This document shows positions 17,716 to 26,734 of a stretch of DNA of 64,000 bases, piece by piece. Origin of the DNA: Permianibacter sp. (GTDB lineage: Bacteria; Pseudomonadota; Gammaproteobacteria; Enterobacterales; Permianibacteraceae); NCBI GenBank assembly GCA_041914645.1, contig JAYSCY010000006.1, positions 241,647-305,646 on the forward strand, given 5' to 3'. Below the pieces are notes generated by a model. The model saw nothing but the letters and a program-made list of their open reading frames with translations, was not told where the DNA came from and did no database searches. How positions within the stretch are numbered: position 1 is the stretch's first letter; every line of letters starts with the position of its first letter. The translations under genes were made by a program, and so were the position numbers.

Positions 17716-19835
17716 GTGCGTCGGAAGCCGGCAAGCGATCCCAATCAACGGAGCAAGGCGGTGGCAATGCGGATCCGCATTACAGTCCCCATTTCGAGAC
17801 GGTTCAGGCTGCCGAACAACAATGGCAGGCAACCCGGCGCGCTGCCGCCGGTGTTGCGGCCGATGCTCCGCTGGTTGGTCTCGGGCTGTCCGGCGGCGGC
17901 ATCCGCTCGGCGTCGTTCAACATGGGCGTGTTGCAAGCGCTGAGTCGTAGCGGTTTGTTAGGTCGCATCGATGTGCTGTCTACTGTGTCCGGCGGCGGCT
18001 ATATCGGTTCCAGCCTGAGCTGGTTGCGTGCCCAAGTGCCACTCAGTGCCAGTCCGGAGCTTGGTAGTCTGCCATTGGCCAACGGTCATGGCAGCGTGCT
18101 CGACTGGTTGCGCGCACACGGTTGCTATCTCATCAGCGGCCGTGGCTTTTCCAGCTGGTCACTGGCGTCATCGATTCTGGCCGGTACGCTGTTGAATCTG
18201 TTTGTGCTGCTGCCACTGTTCATGCTGCTGATCGGCTTGGCCAGTCAGGACTGGTTTGCCTGGAGCTGGCCGGCGACACTGCATCTGCCCGGTGCCGGCG
18301 CGGTGCCGGCGCACGACGGTTTCATGCTGCTGACCTTGCTCGGGTTTATCTGCTTCGGTTTGTTCCTGTTGAACACGCTGATTTTCGCGCTGAGTACGGC
18401 TTTGCCACCGCTGCGCCGGCTGACAGCCGAGTTCTTCTTTCGCCGTCTGCTCGGCCGCCTGCTGGCGGCCGGTTGCATCGCACTGGCACTTGGCGTGCTG
18501 CCGATCCTCACCGGTATTGAAGAAACGGCCGTCATGGTGCTGCGCGACGAAGGTTCGCGCGGAATGGCCCGTCACCTCAGCTACTTGTTGCCGATGCTGA
18601 CCGGCGTTCTGTCTCTGTGGCGGGCGCGGAAAGCCGGTGCGCAGACGGGCAGTGGGGGATCCGGATTAGCGGTCTTTGGTCTGGCGCTATTGCTCTACAG
18701 CTTTTTTACCGGGCTCTACCATCTAGTCTCCCATACCGATTTGTTGTCCAGCACCGGTTTTCAGATATGGCTGGCCGCCTCGGTGCTGTTGGCACTGGTC
18801 GCGGATGTCAATGCCGTCTCTATGCACAGCTATTACCGCGGGCAACTGGCGGAAGCGTATTTGCCTGAGATCAAAACGGCCGGTCCGTCCGTGTCCGCCA
18901 ACCCCATGCAGTTCCGGCTGGTCGATCTGAAGCCCGAATCGGGCGCACCACTGCAGCTGATCAACACCACCCTCAACACCACCAGCTCGAAACAGGAAAA
19001 ACTGCGTAGTCGCAATGGTGAAAACTTTGTGCTGTCACCACTGTATTGTGGCTCGACATCGACCGGGTATCGGCGCACCGAAAACTACCGCAACGGCAAA
19101 CTGAGCCTGTCGACGGCGTTTTCGGTTTCCGGTGCTGCCGTCGACCCCGATATGTACGCCACCAAATCCCGGCCCATCAGTTTCCTGATGAGTCTTCTTA
19201 ACATCCGTCTTGGCTTCTGGACCGCCAACCCTCGCGTTCGGCCATCGAAATTCTGGCTGCCGACCTGGTATCGGTTGATGCTGCGGGAAATGCTCGGTGT
19301 CGGGTTGTCGGAGCAGGAAGCACAAATCCATCTGGCGGATGGTGGTCACTTCGAAAACCTGGGCCTGTATGAACTGCTGCGTCGTCGCTGCCGCTACATC
19401 ATCGTCAGCGATGCCGGCGCCGATCCCGAGACTACGTTGGCCGATCTCGGTCAGGCAGTACAGCGGGCACGCGCCGATTTTGGTGCCGTGGTTGAGATCT
19501 GTGCCGATCAGTTCTTTCATGACCGAAACGAGGCACTGCATGACCACGTTCACGTGCTTGGCAAAGTGACTTATGCTGATGGCAGCATCGGTGAGGTGCT
19601 GTATCTAAAAGCCATGCTTTGCAAGCAGCTCAGCGCTGACATTTACGGCTACTGGCGCACCCATGCGGCGTTTCCGAACCAGAGCACGGCTAATCAGTTC
19701 TATGACGAACTGCAATTCGACAGCTATCGCGAGTTGGGTTTGCAACTGATGTTGGGCATCATCGGTCGGCAACCAGCGCCGAGTATCGAGCAGCTGTTCC
19801 AGCAGCAGCAACCGACGGCGACGACGGCTGCTTGA
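17709..19835 (+). CDS. Patatin-like phospholipase with an internal polytopic membrane insertion
   Basis: Catalytic motifs: GLGLSGGGIRSASFNMGVLQAL (oxyanion Gly-rich loop), STVSGGGYIGS (nucleophile elbow) and HLADGGHFENLGLYELL (Asp of the dyad). About six hydrophobic helices lie between the Ser and Asp motifs. The ATG at 17709 overlaps the upstream stop (ATGGTGA). Confidence 0.8.
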   Translation: MVSASEAGKRSQSTEQGGGNADPHYSPHFETVQAAEQQWQATRRAAAGVAADAPLVGLGLSGGGIRSASFNMGVLQALSRSGLLGRIDVLSTVSGGGYIGSSLSWLRAQVPLSASPELGSLPLANGHGSVLDWLRAHGCYLISGRGFSSWSLASSILAGTLLNLFVLLPLFMLLIGLASQDWFAWSWPATLHLPGAGAVPAHDGFMLLTLLGFICFGLFLLNTLIFALSTALPPLRRLTAEFFFRRLLGRLLAAGCIALALGVLPILTGIEETAVMVLRDEGSRGMARHLSYLLPMLTGVLSLWRARKAGAQTGSGGSGLAVFGLALLLYSFFTGLYHLVSHTDLLSSTGFQIWLAASVLLALVADVNAVSMHSYYRGQLAEAYLPEIKTAGPSVSANPMQFRLVDLKPESGAPLQLINTTLNTTSSKQEKLRSRNGENFVLSPLYCGSTSTGYRRTENYRNGKLSLSTAFSVSGAAVDPDMYATKSRPISFLMSLLNIRLGFWTANPRVRPSKFWLPTWYRLMLREMLGVGLSEQEAQIHLADGGHFENLGLYELLRRRCRYIIVSDAGADPETTLADLGQAVQRARADFGAVVEICADQFFHDRNEALHDHVHVLGKVTYADGSIGEVLYLKAMLCKQLSADIYGYWRTHAAFPNQSTANQFYDELQFDSYRELGLQLMLGIIGRQPAPSIEQLFQQQQPTATTAA

Positions 19836-19852
19836 TGGGCTAGCAAATGCCA

Positions 19853-19885
19853 AAAAGGAACCGGCGGTTGCCGGTTTCTTTTTGG
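19853..19885. terminator. Bidirectional intrinsic terminator
   Basis: The sequence AAAAAGGAACCGGCGGTTGCCGGTTTCTTTTT lies between convergent genes. Confidence 0.75.
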
Positions 19886-19892
19886 CTGCTTG

Positions 19893-20162
19893 TCAACAGT
19901 CGAGGTACTTCCAGTTGCGGACTTTCCCTTCGCTCAGCCACTCGATGGTGGTGGCCAGCCGTTTCTGCCGTGTTCCCGCCCGCTTGGCTTCATTCAGACA
20001 TTCGACATACTCCTTCTGGTTGGAGTAACTGAAACTCTCGAATGTGCTTAGCGCCTGATTGTGGTTTTTCAGCGCGGCTTGCAAATCGTCGGGAACGACC
20101 GGTTCAGTGCGTGACTTCGGTATCGTGTGCACGGGTTTGGTAATGATATCGTTCAATTTCAT
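19893..20162 (-). CDS. YdeI/OmpD-associated (YdeI_OmdA-like) small protein
   Basis: The C-terminal ...FESFSYSNQKEYVECLNEAKRAGTRQKRLATTIEWLSEGKVRNWKY is typical of the family. The start is uncertain: ATG at 20162, or the longer ORF to 20240. Confidence 0.55.
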   Translation of the reverse strand: MKLNDIITKPVHTIPKSRTEPVVPDDLQAALKNHNQALSTFESFSYSNQKEYVECLNEAKRAGTRQKRLATTIEWLSEGKVRNWKYLDC

Positions 20163-20358
20163 CGCCTGCTGGTTCAGATTGCTGATGCGCAGGTTGGACG
20201 GCAGGTCGACCGCGCTGTTAAGGCCGCGGACTTGACCCATCTCGCTCTTGTCCTGGGCGTCGCCGAATAGTTCCCCCCGCCCTCGGGGACCCGAGGCTGC
20301 AGTGTTGCTTGAATGCGGCCATTCCGTACATCAGCCACTAGGGGGGCTCCATTAGGGC

Positions 20359-20649
20359 TCAGAAAGCTGCTGTCGAAACATAAAGAAATGCAGCGAGAAC
20401 CCCGAACCACCCGAAAACCAAGACGTACTCACGAGGTGCTTGCTGCATAAAGTACCGTCGCGGGGTATCCCAAACGGCCAAATGCGGGAAGAGTAGGGGA
20501 AATAGCGGCCCTACACCTAAAAGCGTGACCTCAAACCAAGAAAGATCAGTTGCAGCGAGACCAATGGCGAGAGTTCCAGCGCAAATCAATACTGCAAGCC
20601 TATTTGACAAGGACCACTCAATTTCAGATAGGAAATCGAAGTTAGACAT
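20359..20649 (-). CDS. Small membrane protein (3 predicted TM helices), hypothetical
   Basis: The protein begins MSNFDFLSEIEWSLSNRLAVLICAGTLAIGLAATDLSWFEVTLLGVGPLFPLLFPHLAV... Its ATG overlaps the kmo stop (ATGTCTAA). The local sequence is AT-rich. Confidence 0.5.
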   Translation of the reverse strand: MSNFDFLSEIEWSLSNRLAVLICAGTLAIGLAATDLSWFEVTLLGVGPLFPLLFPHLAVWDTPRRYFMQQAPREYVLVFGWFGVLAAFLYVSTAAF

Positions 20650-22000
20650 TGAATGCCGCGAGCCTTTGTAGAATGAGATTCTCCGCCAAGGCGTAATCCA
20701 CCTGCTCCGGTTGATCAATATGGTCGCAGAGCTCGGCCAGAATCCCGTCGTTGATCCGGCCTCGGCGCAGTGCCTCGGCATAGGGTAGATGCTGGAACAT
20801 CACCATGGAATAGCGCGGGCTGAATTTTTCCGGCCAGCGCTTTTCCAGTTCAAAGCCAACGGTTTTCTTCAGCTGGAATTTCGGGTCGCGGACGGTGGCG
20901 CGCATCTCGACGTAGTTTTCCTGGGCCATCAAGGCGATCGCTTCGGCATTGGGTTTGCGCGCGGCTTCATAGGCTGCGAAAACGGCATCCCAATTGTCAT
21001 TGTGCTGCGTCAGCAGCTGGTTCAGGTCAAAGCAGTCTTCAAAGCCGCAGTTCATGCCCTGGCCATGGAACGGCACAATCGCGTGGGCGGCATCGCCAAT
21101 CAACAGTGCCTTGCCGGGTACGGTCCAGTTCGGGCAGTGCACGGTGCCGAGAAAGCCGGTCGGGTTATTGAAATAGGTGTCGGCGGCGTCCGGCATCAGT
21201 TTCAGCGCATCGGCAAAGTTCTGTTCGAAAAAAGCGGTGAAGCTGGTCTTGTCGTGCAGCGCGGCAAAACTGATCTTGCCCTGGTCGGGGGCAAACAGCG
21301 TCATGGTGAAGCTGCCGTCGTTGTTCGGCAGGCCAATCATCATGAAGTCGCCACGCGGCCAGATATGCAGGGCGTTCTTCTCAATCTGGAAACTGCCGCC
21401 CGGACCGGCGGCAATGGTTAGCTCCTTGTAGGAGTGAAACAGCTTTTCCTCGACACTGGCGACGCCATGCAATGTGTCCATGGCCTTGCGCACCAGCGAG
21501 CCGCCGCCATCAGCGCCGATCAGCAATTCGAATGATTCGTCTTGCACGCTGCCGGTGCGGTCATTCTTCAGCCGTATCCGCTGCGTATCGAAATCAATCT
21601 GTTCGATGCCGGTGTCGAACACGATTTCTACTTTACCGGTCGCTTCGGCAGCGGTCATCAGCAGCTTGTTCAGCTCGCCGCGCGAGACCGAATAAATGAC
21701 CTCGTGCGGGCGCTGGCCGTACGGCACCAGCAGGGTGTGGCCGTTTTCGTCGTGCAGCATCCGGCCGGTCATTGGAATAATGATGTCGCGCACTTGCTGC
21801 ATCAGGCCAAGTTCTTCCAGTGGCCGAATACCGCGATTGGCCAGCGCCAGATTGATCGAGCGGCCGGCGCTGATGCGGGTCGTGCGCATGTCGGGCCGCT
21901 TTTCATAGAGGGTGATGGTGTAGCCGCGCCGGGCCAGATAAATCGCCAGCAGCGAGCCAACCAGGCCGGCGCCAATCAGGGTGATATGTTGTGGTTTCAT
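20642..22000 (-). CDS. kmo: Kynurenine 3-monooxygenase (FAD-dependent)
   Basis: The N-terminus is MKPQHITLIGAGLVGSLLAIYLARRGYTITLYEKRPDMR (Rossmann GxGxxG). ...LIGDAAHAIVPFHGQGMNCGFED is also present. An alternative GTG start at 22024 would overlap the kynU stop. Confidence 0.9.
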   Translation of the reverse strand: MKPQHITLIGAGLVGSLLAIYLARRGYTITLYEKRPDMRTTRISAGRSINLALANRGIRPLEELGLMQQVRDIIIPMTGRMLHDENGHTLLVPYGQRPHEVIYSVSRGELNKLLMTAAEATGKVEIVFDTGIEQIDFDTQRIRLKNDRTGSVQDESFELLIGADGGGSLVRKAMDTLHGVASVEEKLFHSYKELTIAAGPGGSFQIEKNALHIWPRGDFMMIGLPNNDGSFTMTLFAPDQGKISFAALHDKTSFTAFFEQNFADALKLMPDAADTYFNNPTGFLGTVHCPNWTVPGKALLIGDAAHAIVPFHGQGMNCGFEDCFDLNQLLTQHNDNWDAVFAAYEAARKPNAEAIALMAQENYVEMRATVRDPKFQLKKTVGFELEKRWPEKFSPRYSMVMFQHLPYAEALRRGRINDGILAELCDHIDQPEQVDYALAENLILQRLAAFNV

Positions 22001-22020
22001 GAGCTGGGCCTTGGCTGAAT

Positions 22021-23292
22021 TCACGCTTGCACCGTCTTCTTCAGTATTTGCACAAAGCGCCAGACGTCTTCAAAGCTGTTGTACAGCGGCGCCGGCGCTG
22101 CCCGCATCACGTTGGGTTCGCGGAAATCGCAGGTCACGCCTTGCTCTTCCAGTTTGTGCTGGACCTGCTTGGCGGTCTGGCCGTGCAGTTTTACGGTCAA
22201 CGACAATTGCGCGCCGTGGCGGCGTGGTTCAAAAGGGGTCAGCACATGAATGGCATCGCCGAGTTCCTGTTCCAGCAGCCAGCGCAGATACCCGGTCAGT
22301 TCCAGTGATTTTTTCCGCAGCGGATGCATGCCACCCGCTTCCATGAAGGTGTCGAGCGAGGCCCGTACCGCCGCCAGCGACAGGATCGGCGGATTCGATA
22401 ATTGCCAAGCCTCGGCGGTCGGGATGGCATCGAACTCGGGGCCCATCTGGAAGCGAATGGCCTTGTTCTGGCCCCACCAGCCATGGAAGCGCGGCAAATC
22501 CTTGCCGAGGTGTTTTTCGTGCACAAACGCGCCGGCTACCGAGCCGGGGCCGCTGTTCAAATATTTGTAGGAACACCAGGCTGCGAAATCGACATTCCAG
22601 TCATGCAGGTTCAGCACGATATTGCCAACCGCATGCGCCAAATCAAAACCAACTGTGGCGCCGACACTGTGACCCGCTTCGGCAATCGCTGCCATGTCCA
22701 GCACTTCGCCGGTGTAGTACTGCACACCGGGCAGCAGTACCAATGCCAGCTGCCTGCCTTCACGTCTGATGAGTTCCACCAGATCTTCCTGGCGCAGGCA
22801 GTCTTCACCGGCGCGCGGCTTGGCCAGCACCAACGCTTCCTTCGGGTCGAGACCGTGGAAGCGCAGCTGCGATTCGACCGCATAGTGATCGGACGGAAAC
22901 GCATGATCTTCGATCAGGATCTTGAACCGCTCCTTGCTCGGCCGGAAGAAGCTGACCATCAGGAAATGCAGGTTGGCGGTCAGCGAGTTCATGCAGACCA
23001 CTTCTTGCGGCAGCGCGCCGACCAGCTTGGCCGAGGCATCCGTCAGGAATTCATGATAGGGCAGCCAGGAATGTTTGGCAGCGAAATGGCCTTTGACGCC
23101 GAGCTGCTGCCAGTCCTTCAACAATTCATCAACATAATCGGCGGTGCGCTTGGGTTGCAGGCCCAATGAGTTGCCACACAGGTAAATCTCATCGATGCCG
23201 TGATGACGCGGAATATGGAACTGATTGCGCATCGGGTGCAGCGGATCGGCGCCATCGAGTTTCTGGGCAAAAGCGAGATTGTTCTCAAGCAT
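22021..23292 (-). CDS. kynU: Kynureninase
   Basis: 423 aa reading ...PMRNQFHIPRHHGIDEIYLCGNSLGLQPKRT...WCSYKYLNSGPG (PLP Lys region). Confidence 0.93.
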   Translation of the reverse strand: MLENNLAFAQKLDGADPLHPMRNQFHIPRHHGIDEIYLCGNSLGLQPKRTADYVDELLKDWQQLGVKGHFAAKHSWLPYHEFLTDASAKLVGALPQEVVCMNSLTANLHFLMVSFFRPSKERFKILIEDHAFPSDHYAVESQLRFHGLDPKEALVLAKPRAGEDCLRQEDLVELIRREGRQLALVLLPGVQYYTGEVLDMAAIAEAGHSVGATVGFDLAHAVGNIVLNLHDWNVDFAAWCSYKYLNSGPGSVAGAFVHEKHLGKDLPRFHGWWGQNKAIRFQMGPEFDAIPTAEAWQLSNPPILSLAAVRASLDTFMEAGGMHPLRKKSLELTGYLRWLLEQELGDAIHVLTPFEPRRHGAQLSLTVKLHGQTAKQVQHKLEEQGVTCDFREPNVMRAAPAPLYNSFEDVWRFVQILKKTVQA

Positions 23293-24112
23293 GTTGATAC
23301 TCCACGGGAATCAGGAAGGGCCGGCTCGGTGCCGCATCGAGTTCAAAAGCGGGTAATTGCAGGTTCAGCAGGTACGGGCCATCGCGGACACTGTCCGGGA
23401 CAAATACCATTTCCGTCACAGTGCGTTGCAGCGCAACCGTTGGCGCCGGTCCATGACTGTCTTCGGTCACCTCCCAAAACAGGTGATGCGCGGTCAGGTG
23501 GCCGTTGTCATGCATCTTGTCCAGTGACGGGAAATCGACCAGCAGATGCTGGACGCCACGCAGCCGCAGATATTGCATCGCTTCGCGGGTGAAAAACGGT
23601 GGCTGGTGGCTGTCGCCATAACGGGCCGTTTGCTTGTCGCGGCCGTTCGGCAGGGTTCGCACCACCAACGCGGGCAACCAATCGCTGGCGATGTCATCGA
23701 GAGCCCGACGCAGCGTTTCCAAGGTAATGACCTGATCAGCCGGTGCCAGTACTGGCGTGTAGTGGTCGCTGCACTGATTGGCCGCAACCGGAATCACCGA
23801 AATCAGCGTCGCCGGTACCAGCAGATCACGGGCGCTATTGTTGATCGAATGCAGTTCATTGACGATATGACTGACCGATTCGGTGTGGGTGCCGTTGCAA
23901 TGCGGGTTTAGCGTCAGCTCTGGCACATTGCAGCTGCCGCCTTTTCGGGTATCGCCAATCCAACTGCCGGCCTGCATCGGTTTGGCGCTGGCCACCGCGG
24001 CGCCAAAGTGGTTCGGTTGCGGGCCGTTGAATTGCAGCGGAATCGCCAGCGAGACGGCGGCATTCAGGTGTACGGCATAGTGCTGGCCGGCCAACTGCAA
24101 ACTGAGTTTCAT
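23285..24112 (-). CDS. kynB: Cyclase-family protein, putative kynurenine (aryl)formamidase
   Basis: It sits between ACMSD and kynU, and an HCNGTHTESVSH motif resembles the HxGTHxDxPxH cyclase/KynB signature. The start is trimmed to MKLSLQL. It overlaps kynU by 8 nt. Confidence 0.6.
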   Translation of the reverse strand: MKLSLQLAGQHYAVHLNAAVSLAIPLQFNGPQPNHFGAAVASAKPMQAGSWIGDTRKGGSCNVPELTLNPHCNGTHTESVSHIVNELHSINNSARDLLVPATLISVIPVAANQCSDHYTPVLAPADQVITLETLRRALDDIASDWLPALVVRTLPNGRDKQTARYGDSHQPPFFTREAMQYLRLRGVQHLLVDFPSLDKMHDNGHLTAHHLFWEVTEDSHGPAPTVALQRTVTEMVFVPDSVRDGPYLLNLQLPAFELDAAPSRPFLIPVEYQHA

Positions 24113-24184
24113 TCCGGTTGTCCTGTATTTGCCATGGAGGCCATTGCGCAAGCCACGGAGCGGGTCATGGTGATCGTCACAGCT

Positions 24185-25198
24185 TCAGCCAAGAAAATGG
24201 GCTTTCGGCAGATTCAACCATTCGAGCGCGGTGCCATGCAGCAGCCGGGCGCGAATCGCTTCGTCAGCAAACGTTTCCCGAATCAGTTGGCCCGGGTGCA
24301 ATTCACCGAGCGGGAACGGGTAATCGGTGCCGAGTGCCAGGCGATCGGCTCCCATCAGATCAACGACGTATTTCAGTGCCAGCGGGTCGTGCACCAGCGT
24401 ATCGAGATAGATGCGTTTCAGGTAATCGCGCGGGTTGATGTTGTTATCGATTGCGCACAGGTCCGGGCGCGCCTCAAAGCCGTGCGTGATGCGACCAATG
24501 GTGTGAGGGAAACTGCCGCCGCCATGGGCAAAGGCGATGCGCAGCTTTGGCAGCCGTTCCAGCACGCCGCCAAAAATCATCGAGGTGATCGCGAGGCAGG
24601 TTTCGGCCGGCATGCCGACCAACCATTGCGCCCAGTATTGGCCGAGCCGATCTTTCCCGAACATGTCCCAGGGGTGGACAAATACACAGGCATTCAGATC
24701 CTGCGCGGCCGCGAACACATCGAACAGTGCCGGATCATTCAGATTCATGCCGTTGACGTTGGAGCCAATCTGGATGCCGGCAAAGCCGAGTTCCTTGACG
24801 CAGCGCTCCAGTTCCTGCACCGCAAGCTTGCTATCCTGCATCGGTACCGTGCCAAGCCCGACAAAGCGACGCGGGTGGTCAGCGACGACGCCGGCTATAT
24901 GATCATTCAACAAGCGGGACAAATCGAGCGCGTGCGCCGGTTTGGCCCAGTAACTGAACATCACCGGCACGGTCGACAGCACCTGAATATGGACGCCGTG
25001 TTGATCGCACTCTTGCAAGCGTACCGGCCCGTCCCAGCAGTTGCTGTCGATTTTGCGGAAGAACTTGCCATCCTGAATCATGTTGGCGCAGCCGGGGCCA
25101 CAATGCTCCAGCTGGATAAAGCCACCATAGCCATAGCGCTCTTTCAGATTCGGCCAGTCGCGCGGCAGGATATGGGTGTGGATGTCGATGGTTAGCAT
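24185..25198 (-). CDS. nbaD: 2-amino-3-carboxymuconate-6-semialdehyde decarboxylase (amidohydrolase_2)
   Basis: [32 protein letters not shown]...FVHPWDM...[10 protein letters not shown] are ACMSD hallmarks. Confidence 0.88.
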   Translation of the reverse strand: MLTIDIHTHILPRDWPNLKERYGYGGFIQLEHCGPGCANMIQDGKFFRKIDSNCWDGPVRLQECDQHGVHIQVLSTVPVMFSYWAKPAHALDLSRLLNDHIAGVVADHPRRFVGLGTVPMQDSKLAVQELERCVKELGFAGIQIGSNVNGMNLNDPALFDVFAAAQDLNACVFVHPWDMFGKDRLGQYWAQWLVGMPAETCLAITSMIFGGVLERLPKLRIAFAHGGGSFPHTIGRITHGFEARPDLCAIDNNINPRDYLKRIYLDTLVHDPLALKYVVDLMGADRLALGTDYPFPLGELHPGQLIRETFADEAIRARLLHGTALEWLNLPKAHFLG

Positions 25199-25236
25199 CG
25201 GGTTCTCGTTATCTGTTATCGGGTGTCTCGGCTGGT

Positions 25237-25337
25237 TCACCCTCATCCTGTCCTTCTCCCGTCAAGGGCGAAGGGACCCTTCGTTCGAGGTGTGTTCTCC
25301 CTCTCCCTTGAGGGGAGAGGGTTGGGATGAGGGTGAG
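25237..25337. repeat. REP/MITE-like palindromic intergenic element, family 1
   Basis: The arms TCACCCTCATCCTGTCCTTCTCCCGTCAAGGGCGAAGGG and CCCTCTCCCTTGAGGGGAGAGGGTTGGGATGAGGGTGAG are homologous to the element at 6594-6680. Confidence 0.85.
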
Positions 25338-25360
25338 CTCTCAGCGTGAACCCAGACTTA

Positions 25361-25891
25361 CTACTTCACCGCCAACTTGTTTACCGCTGGCGCCACGGTG
25401 CCGCAATGCTTGCAAGTGCGCTTTTCTTCACTGGCGAGGTAGCGCTCGAACACCGGCAGAAAATCTTTCTCGACGCTGTGCAAGGTGAAGAACTCTTCAT
25501 ACAGCTTGGCATCGCAGTTGTCGCAGAACCACATCAGGCCGTCCTGCTCATGCGGCAGCCGCTTGCGCTCCACCACCAGACCAATCGAATTGGCATAGCG
25601 CACCGGTGAATGCGGCACCTTGGCCGGCAGCAGGAAAATCTCACCGGCCTTGATCGGGTAATTGACCCGCTTGCCGTTCTGCATGGTCATCAACAGCATT
25701 TCGCCTTCGAGCTGGTAGAAAAACTCCGGGCCCTCGTCGTAGTGATAGTCCTTGCGGCCGTTCGGCCCACCGACCACCATCACGATGAACTCGTCGTTTT
25801 CGAAAACCTGTTTATTGCAAACCGGTGGTTGCAGCAAATGCCGATGCTCGGCAATCCATTGCTGAAAATTGAACGGGGGAATGATGTTCAT
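25361..25891 (-). CDS. nbaC: 3-hydroxyanthranilate 3,4-dioxygenase
   Basis: MNIIPPFNFQQWIAEHRHLLQPPVCNKQVFENDEFIVMVVGGPNGRKDYHYDEGPEFFYQLEGEM (cupin), with C-terminal CDNC...CKHC rubredoxin-like Cys pairs. GGAG SD is present. Confidence 0.92.
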   Translation of the reverse strand: MNIIPPFNFQQWIAEHRHLLQPPVCNKQVFENDEFIVMVVGGPNGRKDYHYDEGPEFFYQLEGEMLLMTMQNGKRVNYPIKAGEIFLLPAKVPHSPVRYANSIGLVVERKRLPHEQDGLMWFCDNCDAKLYEEFFTLHSVEKDFLPVFERYLASEEKRTCKHCGTVAPAVNKLAVK

Positions 25892-25904
25892 TGGGTTGCT
25901 CCGT

Positions 25905-26324
25905 TCAGTCGACTGTGGCAATGCATTTGAGCTCGATCGCGATTGGCGTCGGCAGGCTCAGGATTTCCACGGTGGTGCGGCAGGGCGGATTGCTGTGGAA
26001 GTACTCCGCCCAGAGCTTGTTGTAGGTGGCAAAGTCGCGCTTCATGTTGGTCAGGTACACCGTGACATCGACCAGATTCTCCCAGCGCGATCCGGAGGCT
26101 TCCAACACGGTGCGGACATTGTCGAACACCGAGCGGCACTGCGCCTCGATATCGCTGAACTGAATGTCGCCATCCGGGCCAAGGGTGACGCCAGGAATGT
26201 CTTTGCTGCCCTTCTTGCGTGGACCGATGCCGGACAGGAACAGCAAATTGCCCACGCGGCGGGCGTGTGGATAAGCGCCGACCGGTTCGGGTGCCTTGTC
26301 GGAATGGATGGTGCTCTGGCTCAT
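25905..26324 (-). CDS. RidA/YjgF-family deaminase, probable 2-aminomuconate deaminase
   Basis: 139 aa reading ...APEPVGAYPHARRVGNLLFLSGIGPR...TTVEILSLPTPIAIELKCIA. The call also rests on operon context with HAO and ACMSD. Confidence 0.75.
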   Translation of the reverse strand: MSQSTIHSDKAPEPVGAYPHARRVGNLLFLSGIGPRKKGSKDIPGVTLGPDGDIQFSDIEAQCRSVFDNVRTVLEASGSRWENLVDVTVYLTNMKRDFATYNKLWAEYFHSNPPCRTTVEILSLPTPIAIELKCIATVD

Positions 26325-26734
26325 CAGGGAACCTCTTTGTTCACGTCAGTTGATTACTGTTTGTCGTCTGGTTCAGGTCAGTGCCGACCCGGTACAGGGT
26401 GCGGCTGAACGGCGGCGACATCGCCGCAGCAACTTCACGGCAAGGGGAGTGCTGACAGCATAGTTGCCAGCGGGGAAGGCGCTCAGGCAGGAACGTATTT
26501 GCAGCCGGCACGGCTGGCAAAAATGGCTCCTGAGGATTTGAAGAGGTAGGCGTGCTGGCTCATCGCGCTGGCGGCCGGCGGAAACAGGCGCCCGTTATAG
26601 CGGGTGGTGATTTGTCCGGTCAAGCCGACCATGACACTTGTTGCCATCCGGGGCTCGGCCGTTGACTGGTTGGATGCCGGTTCGACCTATCATGGACTAT
26701 AGTTTGCGCAGCGATCCGCCGACACAGTTGTTCG

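Noticed and set aside
26483-26632. A 49-aa minus-strand ORF (MVGLTGQITTRYNGRLFPP...) in the divergent intergenic region.
   Set aside because: It has no Shine-Dalgarno sequence, no recognisable motif and no terminator. It is too short to support from sequence alone.
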